This document shows, one piece after another, positions 1 to 12,080 of a stretch of 64,000 bases of DNA. Where the stretch lies: contig NW_027252668.1 of NCBI RefSeq assembly GCF_044704955.1, positions 5,828,001 to 5,892,000 of the forward strand, in the 5' to 3' direction. Position 1 is the first letter of the stretch. Each line of letters opens with the position of its first letter. This stretch comes from Pristiophorus japonicus. Taxonomy: Eukaryota. A program made the translations under genes and the position numbers. The notes below the pieces were generated by a model that was not told the DNA's origin, ran no database searches, and worked only from the letters and a program-made list of their open reading frames with translations.

Positions 1-1135
1 GACAGCGATAGATACATACTCACATACCAGAGACGGACAGGGACAGAGATAGATACATACTCCCATACCAGAGACTGACAGGCACAGTGATAGATACATA
101 CTCACATACCAGAGACGGACAGGGACAGAGATAGATACATACTCCCATACCAAACACGGACAGCATGGATCGATACATACTCCCGTACTTGACACTGACC
201 GGGACAGGCAGAAATGGATACATACTCCCATACCAGAGACTGACAGGTACACAAATAGATACAGATGGGAGTACCAGATGGGTAGATCAGGGCCAAGGAG
301 AGGCGAGGGCCCAGGGGCAGCATGGGCCAGCCCACACTGCGATATGTGTGCGCACTAGGTCAGTGCCGCAGAGCTGGTTTCCAGTCGTCTTGGATAACCC
401 TTGCCACTGGACCAAGACCTAGCTCTGTCAAGTCCGTGTGGTGGCTGGTGTGCAACTGCCACCACACGTTAAAAAAAAATCGACGCTTTAACATGTAGTT
501 CGGGACCTGGAATATTAGGTCCTTCATTGAAACACCTGTGAACTTTTTGGCATGGAAGCAAGTCATCCTCGACTCGAGGGACTGCCTATGACGATGATGA
601 CTCCCATAACAGACATGGACTGCACGGATCGATACATACTCTCATAGCAGACACTGACAGGGACAGAAAGATGCATAGTCCCACATAGGTACAGAGATAG
701 ATACGTACTCCCATACCAGATATTGACCGGCACACAGATGGAAACTGGAAACACCCTTAGCAGACACTAACTGGCACAGAGAAAGATACATACTCCTGTA
801 CCTGATACTGACAGGGACAGAGATAGATACATACTCACACACCAGCGACTGAAAGGGACAGAGATAGATACATACTCCCATACCAGAGAATGGCAGGCAC
901 AGAGATGGATACATACTCCCAAAGCAGAGACTGACAGGTACACAGATAGATATTACGCCCATACCGGACACTGACAGGCACAGAGATAGATAAATACTCC
1001 TACCAGAGACTGACAGGCACAGAGATAGTTACATACTCCCATACTAGACACGGATAGCACAGATAGATACATACTCCCATACCAGAGACTGACTTGCACA
1101 CAGATACATACATACTCCCATACCAGAGACTGACC
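1..1135. repeat. 41-bp satellite, variant A (GATAGATACATACTCCCATACCAGAGACTGACAGGGACAGA), interrupted at ~268-598
   Basis: GATAGATACATACT recurs at 7, 48, 89 and 130 (period 41); degenerates toward ~1400. Confidence 0.9.
268..600 (+). mobile_element. short non-autonomous retroposon with (GAT)n tail, possibly RTE-related, inserted in satellite
   Basis: Non-satellite GC-rich segment ending CTGCCTATGACGATGATGA; satellite resumes on both sides; family assignment is from memory. Confidence 0.5.
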
Positions 1136-1429
1136 GATTCAAAGGAAAACCATCTCTGAATTGGGTAGAAACTGGCAGTTATAGGATAAAACCCAGACCA
1201 ATAAATCAGAAGATGACAAGTACAGAATAAAATCCAGACTCCCATAACAGACACTGCCAGATACAGAGTAAAGTCCACACGCACATACCAGGGACCGATA
1301 GATACAGAGCGACGCTCACGTACCAGGGACTGAGAGAAACAGACTAAAACCCACCATCGCAAAGCTGAAAATGATAGATATAGAGTAGTCCCCTCTATTC
1401 CGTATCAATAATTGACAGGCAGAAAGGAA

Positions 1430-1672
1430 AATGAATGCTGGTATGTCATAAAGAAAATGCTGTAAATCTCAGCGGGTCAGGCAGCATCAGTGGAGAGAGG
1501 AACAGAGTTAATGTTTCAGGTTGATGAGCCTTTGTCATCGAACTGAAACATTAACTCTCTCTCTCTCTCTCTCTCTCGCTCACTCTCTCCACAGATGCTG
1601 CCTGAACCGCGGAAATTTCCAGCATTTTCTGTTTTTATTTCCGATTCCAGCATCTACAGTATTTTGCTTTTA
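1430..1672. mobile_element. palindromic short element (Penelope-like terminal-repeat derivative) with (CT)n expansion
   Basis: Inverted arms AAAATGCTG..GGCAGCATC..GAGTTAATGTTTCAG (1454-1519) and CTGAAACATTAACTC..GATGCTGCC..CAGCATTTT (1543-1628). Confidence 0.6.
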
Positions 1673-1906
1673 TACTTGTATATCATAATAAACATAAGTC
1701 ATAATCACATACCAGAGGTGGGCTGATTCAGAATAAAGTCTATAATCACAAACCCGGTTCCAATACAGTACATAGAAACCCCTCACAATAATCAGAGAAT
1801 GTGTGTAAAGATTAGAATCCACATTCACAAACGAGAAATTCACAGGTATTGATTAAAACACTCACTTATATATCCCAAACAGAAAGTGGATTAAAATTTG
1901 ACTGGA

Positions 1907-1979
1907 TCCTACGACCGTGAATTGAACCCAGATCAACTAGCTTGGAAGGCAGCTGTGCTCACCACTCTACCACCATCAC
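1907..1979 (-). pseudogene. tRNA-Gly(TCC)-derived pseudogene
   Basis: Reverse strand reads GTGATGGTGGTAGAGTGGTGAGCACAGCTGCCTTCCAAGCTAGTTGATCTGGGTTCAATTCACGG, matching the vertebrate Gly-TCC body; acceptor stem broken. Confidence 0.75.
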
Positions 1980-2021
1980 ACGCATCAAGCGGGAAAGCAT
2001 TGCTTTCTGTTTTTACACGTG

Positions 2022-2290
2022 CCTGTCAATCCCACACTGACACACTACCAGAGAGTGACAGATACAGTGTCTTTACTATACTCCCCTGTCAATCCCACAC
2101 TGACACACTGTACCAGAAAGTGACGGATACAGTGTCTTTACTATACTCCCAGTCAATCCCACACTGACACACTGTACCAGATAGTGACAGCTACAGTGTC
2201 TTTACTATATTCCCAGTCAATCACACACTGACACACTGTACCAGACAGTGACAGATACAGTATCTATCCTACACTGACCAGTGAATCCCA
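2022..2290. repeat. ~64-bp minisatellite, ~4 copies
   Basis: CCWGTCAATCMCACACTGACACACT starts at 2022, 2085, 2149 and 2213. Confidence 0.85.
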
Positions 2291-2595
2291 CATTAGCACG
2301 CAGAGTGACAGAGGCAGTGTCTGTCCCGCACTCAATGATTAACCCCAGCACTGTGGACGTCTCTGCAAAGACACGTTTGGTTGAAATGGATTGCCCAGTA
2401 ATGTCTATCCCACACTCAGTGATTAACCCACTGTTCACACTAGAATCGGGTGAGCGCCTCCACCTGCTTTTAATGGTTGTTTGGAGTTTTCAGCCGGACC
2501 AATAAAATACTTTGCAATAGTTTAAGCTGAACATAAACATGGTTCTGAGCGATCTGTGGAATTTAAAATGGGTTCTGCTGAATGATTGTCACTTG

Positions 2596-2630
2596 TTGCA
2601 GCACTCGCTTTCAGCCAGGAGATGGCAGCA
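2596..2630 (+). promoter_or_regulatory. CTCF-like site (core plus upstream module)
   Basis: TTGCAGCACT-n5-TCAG-CCAGGAGATGGCAG; core at 2615-2628 resembles CCASYAGRKGGCRS. Confidence 0.55.
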
Positions 2631-2822
2631 ACCTCTAACAGTTAGGAGTGTACAGATTGTGTCCACACATCTCGACGGCCATGAGTCTGGTACTACTCGG
2701 AGAGTTGGCCAAGCACACTCGCTCCAAGTAAATCTCCACAAATTACTGACAAAAAACCCCAGAAAACACCACGATTCACATACAGGAAACTGACAGATGC
2801 AGGTTAAAATCCCAGCTCCAGT

Positions 2823-3060
2823 GATTCACAACCCTCTGAGTGAACAAATTTCTCCCAATCTCAGTTCTTTTTCATTGTACCAACGCTACCTTACTCTTAC
2901 ACTCCAACCCATTTACATTCAGGGCTAACATACCATTTATCTTCCTAATTGTTTGCTGTAACTGCATGTTAACTTTCTGTGATTCATGTACAAGGACACT
3001 CAGATTCCACTCAATAACATTTACTAGTCTTTCTCTTTTAAATAAAGTCAGTTGTTTCAT
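2823..3060 (-). mobile_element. degenerate CR1-type LINE fragments
   Basis: Translation LVHESQKVNMQLQQTIRKINGMLA matches the CR1 ORF2 segment seen in other copies in the window. Confidence 0.7.
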
Positions 3061-3581
3061 TCATATAAAGTAAAATTCACACTCACATCTCAAAGTCTGA
3101 ACAATACACAATAAAACCCACACTCACATATCAGTGACTGTCAGGGACAGAGTAAAACACACTCACATAACAGAAACTGACAAGTAGAGAGTAAAACATG
3201 CATTTGCATGACAGAAACTGACCAGATACAGAATAAAACCCACACACACATCCCAGAGACAGTGAGACAATGTGAAAATCACACTCACATACTCGAAGCT
3301 GACAGGTGTATAATGAAACCCAAATTCGCCGAGCAGAAACTGAAGAAAAAACAACACTCACGTAAATCATATTTCCAAATATGTTTATCAAACTTAGGTG
3401 CGCCTTTGTCGAGCTGTGTCAAGTAAATATCCCTTACGTTTGAGAAATTCCTTGACCTGCAAGTCTAAATAAATATTTAATCACTTAACACAATGGTGTA
3501 ATCAAATTCAGCTGTAAGAAATGGGAGAAGGCCATAAGGCCCCTCGAACCTGCTCCACAATTCAATAGGATCATGGTTGAA

Positions 3582-3720
3582 CAGCCAAAAATCCACGCGG
3601 TTACCCTGACAAAGAAATCCAATGCTGGGCCCAGCAAGAGCAAGTAAAGTGGACAAGATTTAAACTAATACCACGTTGGTTCTTTTCAGAGCCACGCACT
3701 CTGTCTGTGAAAGGGCTGGT
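3582..3720 (+). pseudogene. orphan H2A 3' fragment with stem-loop (3678-3693) and HDE
   Basis: CAAGAGCAAGTAAAGTGGACAAGATTTAA..GGTTCTTTTCAGAGCCAC..GTGAAAGGGCTG is colinear with the H2A end at 6456-6540. Confidence 0.8.
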
Positions 3721-3758
3721 TACTGTCTGAAGAAACTGATCTATTCATCACAATCTTA

Positions 3759-4208
3759 TCAGCTGTGCTTCAGTTGGTAGCACCCTCGCTTCTGAGTCAG
3801 AAGGTTGTGGGTTCAAATCCCACTCCAGGGACTTGAGCACAAAAATCTAGGCTGACATATTAGTGCAGTGATGAGGGAGTGCTGCACTGTCGGAGGCGCC
3901 ATCTATTGGAAGAGACGTTAAACCGAGGTCCGTCGCTCTCTCAGGTGGATGTAATAGATCCCACGGCCACTATGTTGAAGAAGAGCAGGTGTCCCGGCCA
4001 ATACTTATCCCTCGATCAACACAACACAATGGATTATCTGATCATTATCACATTGCTGTTTGTGGGAGCTTGCTGTGCGCGAAATGTCTGCCGCCGTTCC
4101 TACATTACTACAGTGTCTACACTTCAAAAAGCACTTCATTGGCTGCGAAGCACGTTCGGAAGTCTGATGGTCATGAAAGGCGCAATATAAATCCAGGTCA
4201 CTATTTCT
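3759..4208 (+). mobile_element. tRNA-derived SINE (DeuSINE/SacSINE1-like)
   Basis: A box CAGTTGGTAGC, B box GGTTCAAATCC, central GATCCCACGGCCACTA..GAAGAAGAGCAGG domain, tail AAGGCGCAATATAAATCCA. Confidence 0.75.
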
Positions 4209-4509
4209 CTACTTGATATTAAATCCCTACGGTTGATAAACTGGGAGATTCCTGACCAGAAGTCACCCTCAGTCAATCTCGGTTATAAACCGGTCAATGT
4301 CTGTTGAACATGTAAAAATCCAGATCGATAAACAGAGCAGCGAGTTTGCTGTTCAGATTATTGAATATATACTAAAAGATTTATGAACTTTCCTCATAAG
4401 ATTTTTGCCTGATAACTGAACAGAAACACACAAAAAAACAGATACAAATCAGGAGGGTTTGTAACAGATGACCTCATTCAAGAATTTGAGATTTTGACGA
4501 CCAACAAAT

Positions 4510-4643
4510 CTGATTGGTCTCTTTAAACATCCAATCAGAGAGATACAGAACAATGGATATTGACAAGCCAATCACAACCATTGCCTTCGCCCATCCCTCA
4601 TTAGCATAGGGCTGTGGGCGGAGTGTGGGGCTGCCGATATAAT
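4510..4643 (+). promoter_or_regulatory. H2B promoter: CCAAT boxes, octamer variant ATTAGCAT (4600-4607), TATAAT (4638-4643)
   Basis: Motifs in the usual H2B order upstream of ATG 4694. Confidence 0.75.
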
Positions 4644-4693
4644 GCGGGCTCGGAGCAGAGTTTCCCCAAATCTGCGCCTGACTGAACGAGACG

Positions 4694-5071
4694 ATGGCTG
4701 ACGAAAAGAAAACAGGTCCCGCCAAGAAAGGCGCCAAGAAAGTAATCAAGAAAACCTCAGCGAAGAGCGGCAAGAGGCGCAGAAGGTCGAGGAAGGAGAG
4801 TTACGCCATCTACATCTACAAAGTGATGAAGCAGGTTCACCCCGACACCGGCATCTCCTCTAAGGCCATGGGCATCATGAACTCGTTTGTGAGCGATATT
4901 TTCGAGCGCATCGCGGGTGAGGCTTCCCGCCTGGCCCATTACAACAAGCGCCGCACCATCAGTTCCCGGGAGATCCAGACCGCCGTACGCCTGCTGCTGC
5001 CCGGGGAGCTGGCCAAGCACGCCGTGTCGGAAGGGACAAAGGCGGTGACCAAGTACACCAGCTCCAAGTGA
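4694..5071 (+). CDS. H2B: histone H2B (unit 1, intact, 125 aa)
   Basis: [27 protein letters not shown]...[17 protein letters not shown]. Confidence 0.98.
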   Translation: MADEKKTGPAKKGAKKVIKKTSAKSGKRRRRSRKESYAIYIYKVMKQVHPDTGISSKAMGIMNSFVSDIFERIAGEASRLAHYNKRRTISSREIQTAVRLLLPGELAKHAVSEGTKAVTKYTSSK

Positions 5072-5111
5072 GACTGCCCGCTGTCCTGAGAGATCAAACC
5101 CCAAACACAAC

Positions 5112-5152
5112 GGCTCTTTTAAGAGCCACCCACAACCTCTCTGAAAGAGCTG
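5112..5152 (+). terminator. histone 3' stem-loop and U7 HDE (H2B unit 1)
   Basis: GGCTCTTTTAAGAGCC-ACCCA at 5112-5127; GAAAGAGCTG at 5143-5152. Confidence 0.95.
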
Positions 5153-5851
5153 CACTCTGTTTCCTGTAATTATTTCCTGAACAAGTATATTTGAGAACTT
5201 TTACACTTCCAGCTGTAGATTTAATTTTGAATTCTCAGATATCTGTTTCACTGTCCGGTTCCACCTTAGCGTCGCTGGAATTTTCCGCCAACTATAAACA
5301 CAGTCCCTGGTCGCCCTTTGCTCTCAGACCCGTTCATTTACACCACCTGCCGAATTAAGAGCTTGTTTTGGGGCTGAGACTCCGATTTCATTCACACATT
5401 CTCTCTCGCAAGCCCTTTTCAAGTTTATTTTTCAATTCCTGTTGCGGGTCAGTCCGTTTATTAAGCCGACACTCCCCGCAGTGTAACAACCCAGAATGGG
5501 AGTTCTTACAGAGATCAGAACCGGGGCAGTTTGAATACTCTGTCCCTCTTCTCTTTTCACAGAAGAACTCCCAGTTCTGGGCTCACTCCCGCCTTTGCAG
5601 GGGATCGATCGATAATCTGTGAAACCCAACTTTTACAAAGATTGAGTTGGAATGTGTCCCGTTACAGAATCGGTGGGGATTGATTCCCGCCCATTAGACA
5701 GTTTGAAATACTACCCGAATTTAATCCTGATTGTAACAGCCTGGAACTTGCAAGGGGAATATGTAAAAGACAAAATTAATTAAAACGTGTTGGGAAATCT
5801 TTGACTAATGGTGAATTTATATTAACATAATCCGCTATTTTTAAATTTCTT

Positions 5852-6468
<617 letters not shown>

Positions 6469-6498
6469 AGCGGACATGATTTAATCTAATAACCCAAA

Positions 6499-6539
6499 GG
6501 CTCTTTTCAGAGCCACCCACAGTATCTGTGAAAGGGCTG
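6499..6539 (+). terminator. histone stem-loop and HDE (H2A unit 1)
   Basis: GGCTCTTTTCAGAGCC at 6499-6514; GAAAGGGCTG downstream. Confidence 0.95.
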
Positions 6540-6879
6540 CTTTCTGTTCTGTGGATAACAACTGTCCCAGATTTAATTTAACATACTTCACTATAATTAA
6601 GCTGGAAGTTTTCTTATCAAAAATGAGCCTCAGACGTTCTTAGTTATAAGCTTAACCAACTAGAAGTGTGGATTTTCAAACAGTGCCGCATGTTTGCTGT
6701 TAGCCGATATTCGGATCAGTGATTTAATAGAGGGCGACTGGCTTCCGAGAAATACAAAACAGACGGAGACTGTCATGTCTGGGTAAAAGAGACTGTGTAT
6801 CCCCCCCGCCCGCTCATTGTGACCGGTACACCAGGAGTTCCTCATCGCATTAAAATATTGTGAATATTTAATAATTCCT

Positions 6880-6975
6880 ATATTCCTACAACCACTACAC
6901 TGGAAAAGTACTTAATTGCCTTTGAGAAGTCTGATGGCCGTGTAAGGCGCTATATAAATCCAAGTGTTTCTTTCC
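6880..6975 (+). mobile_element. SINE 3' tail fragment (also at ~38655-38740)
   Basis: ACTACACT..AAGTACTT..AAGGCGCTATATAAATCCAAG matches the SINE tail at 4100-4200. Confidence 0.6.
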
Positions 6976-7060
6976 TTTAATTTAATAGCTGAAATAATTT
7001 CCCAACAAACTGTCCACACTGCCATCCCCAGGTCACTGCTCTCTCTCTGAGGCGGTGGGT

Positions 7061-7076
7061 GGCTCTTAAAAGAGCC
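7061..7076 (-). terminator. histone stem-loop (H4 unit 1)
   Basis: Reverse strand GGCTCTTTTAAGAGCC-ACCCA. Confidence 0.95.
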
Positions 7077-7110
7077 TTTGTGTTGTGCTGGGTGGAAAGG
7101 GTGGAGTTGT

Positions 7111-7431
<321 letters not shown>

Positions 7432-8089
7432 TCACTCAAACTGTCGCTGAGTGAGGAACCATTTGGTCCTGGCTCCTTTTTTATAGAGCCGGCCCCGACC
7501 TGACTGAGAAAGCGCAGAGTGAGAGAGGCGGGAAGGGGAGGAGACAGAGTGAGAGATTAAACAGAGAGCGCGGCAGGGGAGGAGACAGAATCAAGATTGA
7601 GAGACAGAGCAGAGCGCCGCCTCTGATCTTCCAGCTCCACCTCCAGCTTTCTGCAACCGCCAATTTCGAATTGTTTTCTCCACAATACAACCGATACACA
7701 GCGCTCCGCACAAACCCTTACAGACTCGGAATTCATATTCAAGACTTCCAGGGACCAGAAGCTTTTAAATAAGGGCCCGGTACAATTAACAATCAGGAAT
7801 ATTCCCGCCTATATACTCCGTTCCCTGTCAATCTCAGACCTTATTCCATCTCCTCTCACAGACCGGTTCAGCACTTTACAAACACCTTATTCCAGCTGAT
7901 TTGGAGAATCTGGTGTTTGGGGTTTGAGTTGTGAGGCGGGGTATCGCCGCCAGTCCCACCGTCTCACAGAGACTCTTCCCCCTGAATCTGTGAAATGACA
8001 ATGTCCAGGAACTGAGACTGGAGCCGGACTCAAACCGCAGTTACAGTGAGGCCTGGGCCGGACATCCCATTCTCTGTGTTTTATTGTAG

Positions 8090-8445
8090 GCACCGGGGGA
8101 GGGGTGGGGAGGGGAGGGGAAGGTGCACACACTGGGAGAGGGGTGGGTGCAGACACTGGGAGAGGGGTGGGTGCAGACACTGGGAGAGGGGTGGGTGCAG
8201 ACACTGGGGGAGGGGTGGGTGCAGACACTGGGGGAGGGGTGGGTGCAGACACTGGGAGAGGGGTGGGTGCAGACACTGGGGGAGGGGTGAGTGCAGACAC
8301 TGGGAGAGGGGTGGGTGCAGACACTGGGGGAGGGGTGAGTGCAGACACTGGGGGAGGGGTGGGTGCAGGCACTGGGGGAGGGGCGGGTGCGGACACGGGG
8401 GGGGGTGAGGGGAGGGTGCGGACACTGGGTGAGGGGTGGGTGCAG
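8090..8445. repeat. G-rich 24-bp minisatellite (GCAGACACTGGGRGAGGGGTGGGT), ~14 copies
   Basis: Direct inspection; only ~2 copies at the homologous site 39857-39905. Confidence 0.92.
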
Positions 8446-8564
8446 CCAATGCCAACGAGTCACTCGGGATCCCGGGGTCATTTTCAATGATTTCTATCTG
8501 GAATCTGAGCCCGGGACAGGGATTATTTGATTCCGGGATCCGCCCTTTTCTGAGAGTCGTGGGT

Positions 8565-8580
8565 GGCTCTGAGAAGAGCT
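8565..8580 (-). terminator. H1 stem-loop, unit 1, basal pair mutated
   Basis: Reverse strand AGCTCTTCTCAGAGCC versus GGCTCTTCTCAGAGCC in unit 2. Confidence 0.85.
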
Positions 8581-8614
8581 TTTGGGTTAAAATGTTTAGA
8601 AGTTGCCTTTTTAT

Positions 8615-9261
8615 TTACTTTTTGGGCGCTGCTTTCCATACCTTTGCTGATTTGGGCGTGGCCTTGACCCTCGCGTTCTCCACCTTTTTGGCCGCCTTCA
8701 CTTTCTTGGGGCACTTGAGTTTTTTCGCCGCCGCCTGCTTCCCAGCCGGCCCTTTCACTGTCTTTTTTTTGCTGTTGGCGCCTTCTTGGTGCTTGTTTTC
8801 TTGGCTGCTGCTTCCTTTGCTGGAGATTTCGTGGCTGTTGCTTTCTGTGCTGGAGATTTCTTGGCTGCTGCTTTCTGTGCTGGAGATTTCTTGGCTGCTG
8901 GCTTCTTCACCTTCTTTCCCACTTTCCCCTGGGGATCTGTATTAGCGATTTTGAATGAGACCGAGGCGCCCGTGCCCTTGATCTGCTTCAGGGAACCATT
9001 CATCACATTCTTCTTGATACTGGACCTGATCTGGAAGCCGCGCTTCTCCACATCGACGCCTTTGGCCGCCAGAGCCTTCTTTATCGCGGCCAGGGACGTT
9101 CCCCTGCGATCCTTGCCATCAGCCACAACCTTGAGGATCTGGTCGCCCAACCTGGGACCGGCTGGCCCGGAGCGGGGAGCCGCCTTCTTCTTCTTGCTGG
9201 GAGCCTTGGTTTGAGCGACGGCGGCAGGAGGAGCCGTTTCGGCGGCTGCAGTATCAGTCAT
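8615..9261 (-). pseudogene. H1: histone H1, unit 1, frameshifted (+2 in T-run 8763-8770)
   Basis: 8 T versus 6 T in unit 2; GASGSF changed to GASVSF; stem-loop mismatch; the corrected frame gives 214 aa ending KKAAPKK. Confidence 0.8.
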
Positions 9262-9722
9262 GTCCGCGACTCTGGAAAATCTCTCTGACAGTCAGAGCTG
9301 GGTCAGAAATTAAACGAGAGGCGGCGACACAGAGCAACTTAAAGGCAGCGAGCGGACGGGGTGGAGACATCCTGCTATCAGCTCCCGGCCCCTCCAGCCT
9401 CTCTGTGTTTCTCTCTCCTCACTAACTCTCCGATTCCAATTCAACTCGGGCCCTCCACATTCCCAGACTGGCCTCTTTCTGTCCCGAAGACCGGCACATG
9501 CACAGTATCAGCTCCAGACTGACCGGTGAAGTCCCGTTTTATTCTGAAAGATCCCTTTGAAGAGACAGAAGATGCAGTATCCTCTCTCACTGATATTGTA
9601 CCAGAGACAGATGCATTATTAATCCCACACTGCGGGACAGTGTCAGAGAGTGAGAGAAACAATGTCACGCATTTATCACTCGCTTGCCTGTTGAACTATC
9701 TGCAATCTTGCAGCTCAGGGCC

Positions 9723-11510
9723 ATAAGAACATAACAAATCGGAACAGGAGTAGGCCATTTGGCTCCTCGAGCCTGCTCTGCCATTCAATAAGATCATGGC
9801 TGATCTGATCATGGACTCAGCTCCACTTCCCTGCCCCCTCCCCATAACTATTTACTCCCTTATCGTTCAAAAATCTGTCTATCGCCACCTTAAATATATT
9901 CAATGGCACAGCCTTCACAGTTGTCTGGGGCAGATAATTCCATAGATTTCCAACCCTCTGAGAGACGAAATTCCTCCTCATCCTAATTTTAAATGGGCGG
10001 CCCCTTATTCTAAGACTATGTAACCTAGTTTTCGTTGCCCCATGTGGAAATATCCTCTCTGCATCCACCTTGTCAAGCCCCCTCATTATCTTATAAGTTT
10101 CAATAAGATCACCTCTCATTCTTCTGATCTCCAATGTGTACAGATCCAACCTACTCAAACCTATCCTCATAAGTCAACCCCCTCATCTCCGGAATCAACC
10201 GAGTGAACCTTCTCTGAACAGCCTCCAATGTAGGTATATCCTTCCTTAAATACGGAGACCAAAACTGTACACAGTACTCCAGGTGTGGCCTTACCAATAC
10301 CCTGTACAGTTGTCGCAGGATTTCTCTGCTTTTAGACTCTATCCCCCTTGCAATAAAGGCCAACATTCCATTTGACTTCCTGATTACTTGCTGTACCTGC
10401 ATACTAACTTTTTGTGTTTCATGTACAAGGACCCCCAGGGCTCTCTGAACTGCTGCACGTTGCAATTTTTCTCCATTTAAATTATAATTTTCTTTTCTAT
10501 TATTTCTGCCAAAATGGATAACCTCTCATTTTCCCACATTATATTCCATCTGGAAGTGGACCTGAGTCTATGATCGGATCAGCCATGATTGTATTAAATG
10601 GTGGAGCAGGCTCGAGGGGCCATATGGCCTACTCCTGCTACTATTTCTTATGCTCTTATCTGCCAAATGTTTGCACACTCACTTAGCCTGTCGAGATCCC
10701 TTTGCATATCTACTGTGTCCTCATCACAATTTGCTTTCCCACCCATCTTTGTATCATCAGCAAACTTGGCTAAATTAAACTCTGCCCCTTCATCCAAGTC
10801 ATTAATATTGATTGTAAATAGTTGAGGACCCAGCACCGATCCCTGTGGCACCCCACTCATCACTGTTTGCCAACCATAAAATGACCCATTTATCCTGATT
10901 CTCTGTTTTCTGTTAGTTAGCCAATTCTCTGTCCATGCTAATATATTGCTCCCAATCCCATGAGCTTTTATCTTGTGCAGTAACCACTTATGTGACACCC
11001 TGTCAAATGCCTGCTGGAAATCCAAATACACCACATCCACAGGCTGCCCCTTATCTACCGTGCTTGTTACATCCTCAACGACCTCCAGCAAATTTATCAA
11101 ACATGATTTCCCTTTCATAAAACCATGCTGACTCTGTTTGATTGAATCATGCTTTTCCAAATGTCATGCTACTGCTTCCTTAATAATGGACTCCAGCATT
11201 TTCACAACAACAGATGTTCGGCTAACTGATATATAGTTTCCTGCTTTTTGTTTGCCTCCTTTTTTGAACATTTGCAATTTTCCAATCTGCTAGGACCTCC
11301 CCAGAATCCAGGGAATTTTGGTAGATTACAAACAATGCATCCACTATCTCTACAGCCACATTTCTTAAGACCACAGGATGTAAACCATCAGGTCCAGGGA
11401 ACCTGTCCGCCTTTAGTCCCATTATTTTACCGAGTACTACTTCATTAGTGACAGTGATTGTAATAAGTTCCTCCCTACCTATAACCTCTTGATTGTGCAC
11501 TTCGATATTA
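9723..11510 (-). mobile_element. 5'-truncated CR1-type LINE (RT and 3' tail)
   Basis: QHGFMKGKSCLINL, VYLDFQQAFD, GVPQGSVLGP, KFADDTK; 3' tail at ~9723. Confidence 0.93.
10550..10659 (+). mobile_element. short CR1 3'-end copy nested in the opposite orientation (also 43214-43331)
   Basis: GATCAGCCATGAT..GGAGCAGGCTCGAGGGGCC..CCTACTCCTGCT..TTCTTATG. Confidence 0.8.
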
Positions 11511-11819
11511 CTCACAGTGAGAGTGTTTAAACTAATCTCGGACTCTTTCTGTCAGATATTTACTCTTGCACGGTCCCAGCAAACAATCCCACTCCCTCGT
11601 CCCTCCGATGTTTCTGCAGGATGGCTTTGTGAAGACGGGCTCATGGAGAGAGAAACACTATGCACGGAATGATCCCAAATTGAGCATCTCCAAGGGACAA
11701 GGCTCCCAGCTTTAATCATTCTCTGCCCTTGCCCCCCAGGCCAGTTCCTTTGTCAGATTCTGATAAAAATAAATTGGGAAAAGTGCACTTTGATTTTTAC
11801 AGGCTGAATTATTACAGAG

Positions 11820-12080
11820 AACTGCGCATGCGCGGTCCAGCCCCGACCCTGTGTGTCGATTCCCAGTGAGCAGAAGAGCGCATGCGCCCTCCCCTCCCCC
11901 AGTCCTGCCTGTGATCGCCATTCACTCAGTGAGCGGAAGAAGATGGTTTCAAACAGCCGGGAATGGAGAGCCCGCGGCCCCGGGGTAAGGCAGCGAGCAG
12001 CAGCCTCCTTACAGCAGCGCAGCGCTTTGGGAGCGTGTCCGCAGATGGGCACTGAGTCCGGGGAGAGTTCAGGGGGAGTC
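11820..12080. promoter_or_regulatory. CpG-rich promoter-like segment with paired NRF1-type motifs (also 44486-44740)
   Basis: TGCGCATGCGC ~11823 and GCGCATGCGC ~11878; CGGAAG/AAGATGG; possible splice donor GG|GTAAGG ~11985. Confidence 0.5.

Noticed and set aside
3759-3830. tRNA gene at the SINE head
   Set aside because: A and B boxes are present but run straight into the SINE body with no proper cloverleaf
7887-8490. Pro-rich, Gly-rich and Cys/His-rich ORFs
   Set aside because: Translations of the 24-bp minisatellite
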